From Amoebophrya sp. A120 (taxonomy: Eukaryota; Protista; Dinoflagellata), in NCBI GenBank assembly GCA_905178155.1, contig CAJINV010000004.1, forward strand, positions 28,432 through 92,431: DNA of 64,000 nucleotides, given 5' to 3'. The position numbers and the translations under genes were made by a program. How positions within the stretch are numbered: position 1 is the stretch's first letter; every line of letters starts with the position of its first letter. Positions 59,668 to 64,000 of this stretch are shown here, one piece after another. The notes under the pieces were generated by a model. The model worked only from the letters and a program-made list of their open reading frames with translations, ran no database searches and was not told the DNA's origin.

Positions 59668-62600
59668 GACGAAGCTCCGAATCTCGTATCGGAGAATGGA
59701 AATTTTTCAAATTTTGACGAAAATTCTTCTGCTGATTCAGAGGGTGGGACTGCGGTAGATTACGACTACCACGACGAGGCAGGCCCATCAACAGTACTAC
59801 TTACGCGAATAAGCGTGCTGACCGTCGAAGATTTCCGGGGGGGTGAAGCCGCTCACCACCGGTCTTCTTCTTCAACATCTTCATCTTCATCCTCATCACT
59901 CATTTACATAGACTCGTGCGCAAATCGAACTCTGTCCCGCGTCAGGTCAGACTTCGAAACAGTAGAAGAAACAGCACGGGTTAAACTCAACGCAGCTAAC
60001 GGACCAGTCCAGCAATTAGGTTCTCTCGGAACTTTCAGGCCTAACACATACGGGCTGACGGTAGGCGTCTACTTCCCAATGCTCCCACTAGATCGAATAG
60101 TTAGCACTTTAGATCTCCGCGCACTTCTTTGGGAAGTTCATCTCCTGCCCCAGTCGCAGTATCTTAGATCCCAAGTTTCGGGCGGCCGGGTCGAGGTCGT
60201 CGATTGCCCAACGCGCAAACTACCAACCGCGCCGGTAGTTTTTCAACCTAGGGAGATCGGAGACGTCATGCTCTGCAACGAGGTGGAGTCTGCGTCACCG
60301 GTCACAGCTTTGCCAACGCTGACAAAGCTGCAAGCACATCGTCGTTTGTGCCACCTTTTCAACCACGAAGCACCATTTCCTACTTCTTGCGACTGTCCAG
60401 AATGCGCTCTCACCAAGGGTCGCAAGAAGGGCAGTAAAAACGAAAGAACCACTACCCTTGCCGCGCAAGGCAGCACAGCACCACTTCGACAAATCAACAC
60501 CGACTTCTACGGACCAATGCCGTTGGAATCAATCCGGCGGTGCAAACTCTTTCAAGTTTTCATTTGTGACGCAGTCGCTCATGTTTGGGTCTTTCCAGTT
60601 CGACACCGCAACGAATGCGTCGAACTCGCGCAAAAACTTGTCACGCAAGTACGAGCAACAGATGGCGAATTCATCGGGGAGAAAGTAATCCGGATCATTC
60701 GTTCTGACAATGACACAGTTTACCGATCGGAGGAAAATTCTTCACAGTTGCAGCAGCTCGAAGTTGACAAAGACCACAGCATTCCCTACTGTCCTCAACT
60801 CAACGCAGTAGCGGAGCGGTTCATGCAATCACTCGGAACTAATCTCAGAGCTGTGCTCTGTGGGGCCGATCATAGACTTCACTGCTACGCAGGAGAGTAC
60901 ATAGCAGCAGTCTGGAACAGGATTGCACGAAAAGAGTACAAGCGCGCTCCTGAGTATAACGGCATGTCACCACTACAAGCACGACTTCGTAGAACTGATC
61001 CCAAGAGGAATAGCGAACCAGTAGCATTACGAGAAGAACGCGAGCAGTGGCAGAGTCAGCTGCGTCGTTTCGGCTGTCTCGCTTACGTAATGCTACAGCC
61101 ACGCGAAAAGGTTCAGAAAGGACAACCGAAATACCGAAAAGCAGTATTTCTGGGTCTCTCGAAAAACAATTCTGCCTGGCTCTTCGGAGTAGTACAAAAA
61201 GACAGCAGGACAGCAGCAGGCACGAACTGGCAGGAAATCGAGAGCAGAGACGCGAAGTTCGTTGAGGAGGTCGTCATCTCCGACATCGACAAACTACTAC
61301 CAGAAACCGAAGGCGTTTACGTAACAGACGAGAAGTTGCTTAGTCTTGCCTGTGGTTCGACCTGTGGGCCGGGTTCGGTGGTTCAGGTTGCGCAGCCTGG
61401 TGCCTCGGATCTGCCTGCGGGTCGTGACTCGAGTGGGATTGACACTTTAGCACCGGTAGCACCATCGCGCAATAACAGTAAACGTAGTAAGGATTCCGAT
61501 TTTGTAGTGGAGATCCCTCCTGCCGAGCAGAAGCACGATGCTGCGGAGGAGGAAGATAGTAGTGACGACGAGAAAGAAGAAAAGTCAGTGGCGATCCCGC
61601 ATGGTAGGAAAGACGCGAGCCCTGAGGTTGTTTACGGACCGCCAGTACGGCGCGGACGTGGCAGACCGCCAGGAAGTAAGGACAAGAAGCCCAGGAAGAA
61701 AAGGCAGAAGAAGAAGCAGAAAAATCGCAATAATCATTCATCTTGTGACGCACACTTCGCGCGTGCTGATTTTGAAGCTCAATTTCGCGAAAACTTCTGC
61801 GCCTTTGCCGATTTGAATTCCCTGGAAGAAGACGAGCAATTTATAGAGGCATTTCTGATGATCACCATGGCGGAAGCGCTTCGAGCACCAGACGCACCAT
61901 CCTGGTTGCAGGCGATGGACAGAGAGAAGCTGAAGCAGGAAGCATATAAAGTATGGCGAGAGTTAACTGATGAAGAAATGAAAAAGGAAAAACAAATCTT
62001 GCCAATCGCGATGGTGCTAACGAGAAAAAGAGACGGATCCTACAAGGCGAGGGCGGTAGTTCTAGGAAATCTCGTCAAGGACGATGGGACGACAGAGATC
62101 TACGCGCCGGTAGTAAGTTTCGCAGGTAACAGATACCTGATGACCGAAGCAGCAGCAGAGGGCGACTACGTGTTACCGTACGACATCGACGTCGCGTTTT
62201 TGCATGCGGAATTAGACGAGGAGGTCTATGTCCGACTACCACCACAGTGGGTCAAGAACAACGAGAACAGCGTAAAGCGACTAGTCAAGGCACTCTACGG
62301 ACTCAAGCAGAGTCCTCGCGCATGGTTCAAGCGGTACGAAAAAGAACTTCTTGCGCTAGGCTGGGAGCAAGCAAAAGACGAACCAGGACTCTGGAAGAAG
62401 CCCAGTGTCAAAGTTCCCAGCAAGTTCCTCAAGCTTTCAGTCTACGTAGATGACAATGTCGGAACAGGCCCGCACAAGCAGGAACTCGACCAAGAGTTAG
62501 CGCAAGTCATGCAAAAGTTTCCTGGTAAATACATTCCCTACGACGACCTAGGAGAGGGATGGAAAAGATGGGACATTCTCGGTGGCGACTTCATCTACCG

Positions 62601-63528
62601 CCGAGAAACTCGCGAACTCAAAATCAACATGAGTCGTTATATCGTGAAAATGGCCGAGCGTTTCGGTCTTAAGGAGGCAAAGCCGGCATCCTCCCCATCG
62701 TTTTCCGAAGCAGCACTACTTGAAAACGAAGACAAAGTGGTCAAATTTCCATTCCGTGAAGCAGTAGGCGCACTTCAGTGGTGTGTCAGCGTGTGTCGGG
62801 CGGATGTGTGTCAACCAGTGAACACACTCGCCAGGTGCGTGAGTAGACCAACAACACGAGCAAAGGTCAATGCCATCAAGAAGATAATCCGTTATCTCGT
62901 CGCAACGAAAGACGACGGCGTTACGTACAGCCCGGCACAGGAACAGGAATTTCGAAAAATTTATCAGGATTTGCTTCCCGCTGGTGATCGTCTTCCTCAC
63001 TCGAACACCTTCGGCGATGCATCATTCGCATCAGATTCAGTCACCATGAGATCAGTCAGCGGCACTGTTGTTTACTACAGATCAGTCCCGATCATGTGGA
63101 AAAGTTCGAGACAAACAGTGCGAGCGTACAGCACAAGCGAAGCGGAGCACATCGCAGCTAGTGACAGTCTAGTTGTGACGGAAGGCGCTTCATTTTTAGA
63201 GTTCTTCAACCCCCACCCCCTCAGCGACGAAATCGATTTTCGTCTATGGTGTGACAACACGTCTGCAATTTCGGTTGCTAACGCGAAGGAAACACGACCA
63301 AAGAGTCGTCACTACGCACTTCGCTGGTGGCGTGTGAAGGATGCAGCAAAACGGTTGTGCTTTTGTCCGACTCATCTGCAGCGCGCGGATGCTTTGACGA
63401 AGCAAGCCACGAGGGCACAGCGCAACATGTTGATCCACACGACCGAAATCTCGCCTGAGTTCGATGACGACTACGACGATGACGATACGGAGACCGGTAC
63501 GGCTCTCCTGGTCTGGGTAATGCCGTAG
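59668..63528 (+). CDS. pol: Copia Pol (protease, integrase, AT-hook, RT, RNase H), in frame with gag
   Basis: IYIDSCA; HRRLCH...CPEC, DFYGP, RSDN, AERF; RRGRGRPPGSK; YVDD; GDASF, SEAEH, CDNTSAI, ADALTK. The frame is open from 59668. Confidence 0.95.
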   Translation, partial: DEAPNLVSENGNFSNFDENSSADSEGGTAVDYDYHDEAGPSTVLLTRISVLTVEDFRGGEAAHHRSSSSTSSSSSSSLIYIDSCANRTLSRVRSDFETVEETARVKLNAANGPVQQLGSLGTFRPNTYGLTVGVYFPMLPLDRIVSTLDLRALLWEVHLLPQSQYLRSQVSGGRVEVVDCPTRKLPTAPVVFQPREIGDVMLCNEVESASPVTALPTLTKLQAHRRLCHLFNHEAPFPTSCDCPECALTKGRKKGSKNERTTTLAAQGSTAPLRQINTDFYGPMPLESIRRCKLFQVFICDAVAHVWVFPVRHRNECVELAQKLVTQVRATDGEFIGEKVIRIIRSDNDTVYRSEENSSQLQQLEVDKDHSIPYCPQLNAVAERFMQSLGTNLRAVLCGADHRLHCYAGEYIAAVWNRIARKEYKRAPEYNGMSPLQARLRRTDPKRNSEPVALREEREQWQSQLRRFGCLAYVMLQPREKVQKGQPKYRKAVFLGLSKNNSAWLFGVVQKDSRTAAGTNWQEIESRDAKFVEEVVISDIDKLLPETEGVYVTDEKLLSLACGSTCGPGSVVQVAQPGASDLPAGRDSSGIDTLAPVAPSRNNSKRSKDSDFVVEIPPAEQKHDAAEEEDSSDDEKEEKSVAIPHGRKDASPEVVYGPPVRRGRGRPPGSKDKKPRKKRQKKKQKNRNNHSSCDAHFARADFEAQFRENFCAFADLNSLEEDEQFIEAFLMITMAEALRAPDAPSWLQAMDREKLKQEAYKVWRELTDEEMKKEKQILPIAMVLTRKRDGSYKARAVVLGNLVKDDGTTEIYAPVVSFAGNRYLMTEAAAEGDYVLPYDIDVAFLHAELDEEVYVRLPPQWVKNNENSVKRLVKALYGLKQSPRAWFKRYEKELLALGWEQAKDEPGLWKKPSVKVPSKFLKLSVYVDDNVGTGPHKQELDQELAQVMQKFPGKYIPYDDLGEGWKRWDILGGDFIYRRETRELKINMSRYIVKMAERFGLKEAKPASSPSFSEAALLENEDKVVKFPFREAVGALQWCVSVCRADVCQPVNTLARCVSRPTTRAKVNAIKKIIRYLVATKDDGVTYSPAQEQEFRKIYQDLLPAGDRLPHSNTFGDASFASDSVTMRSVSGTVVYYRSVPIMWKSSRQTVRAYSTSEAEHIAASDSLVVTEGASFLEFFNPHPLSDEIDFRLWCDNTSAISVANAKETRPKSRHYALRWWRVKDAAKRLCFCPTHLQRADALTKQATRAQRNMLIHTTEISPEFDDDYDDDDTETGTALLVWVMP

Positions 63529-63563
63529 CCATTTGCCAACGTTCGAACTGCTGCGGGGGGGAA

Positions 63564-64000
63564 TGTTGGACGACTGTAGTCCCGATGTTCCATGAAGATG
63601 CTGAATGCGAAACAGCATGAAGATCCATCCACTTTTGGTCCCGTTTGGACGCAAGATGATCAGATGATGATGATGTCCATAGCTCCTGTTTGAGCATATT
63701 CCAGTACATGATGATGATGTACTCAGGTCGTGTTTAGACGACGAAGCATCGTGAATCCCGATGCTATGGCACGACTGCAATCAATCGATACATTCGGAAC
63801 CTTGTACGCTTTCAGGCTTAGGAGTTGCACGCAAGAGCTGAAGGCTCTCGGAACGTAAACACACCGCACGCGAACCCGCGTGCTATGCTTACCACGCATC
63901 ACATTCTGCACTGTATGAAGATCGTGAGTTCATTCCAACCGACCAATGATCATGTCGCATTCGCACCCAGGCTAGAGAGATTCTGAGTGGCTTTCAGACA
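63564..64000 (+). repeat. 3' LTR (ends at the window edge)
   Basis: Preceded by PPT gggggggaa (63555-63563). Confidence 0.93.

Larger units (their letters stand above)
57311..64000 (+). mobile_element. Full-length Ty1/copia LTR retrotransposon
   Basis: Apparently identical 437-bp LTRs (TG...CA), PPT, and gag plus PR-IN-RT-RH domain order. Confidence 0.97.

Noticed and set aside
1-64000. tRNA/rRNA genes or prokaryotic operons
   Set aside because: None recognised by eye.

Overview
Eukaryotic DNA, almost certainly from a dinoflagellate: a perfect 22-nt dinoflagellate spliced leader is present, and the architecture matches Amoebophrya. About six + strand genes are split by roughly 50 introner-type elements. 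These are TAT...ATA-bounded, carry terminal inverted repeats (TIRs) and 5-bp direct repeats (DRs), usually lack GT-AG ends, and fall into at least 10 TIR families. In most junctions I checked by hand, removing an element plus one 5-bp repeat restores the reading frame. The largest gene (~30.6-56.9 kb) encodes a giant adhesin-like protein with discoidin/F5-8C-like, PAN/apple, TSP1 and EF-hand modules. The window ends with a young, full-length Ty1/copia LTR retrotransposon whose gag and pol are in frame and separated by a single TGA. The most notable signal is a second tier of mobile DNA that inserts into the introners themselves. (i) A spliced-leader-capped non-coding retro-element has inserted twice at the identical site of family-A introners. 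(ii) A second 5'-truncated retro-element has inserted four times at one site in the family-B TIR, three of them stacked. (iii) Two Helitron/IS91-like hairpin elements have inserted without target duplication next to the GCATGA(C/G)AAA motif shared by the introner families. There are also several insertions with unusually long (54-87 bp) target duplications, and a 4-repeat/3-spacer array with ~1-kb spacers. Coordinates were counted by hand and may be off by a few bases.
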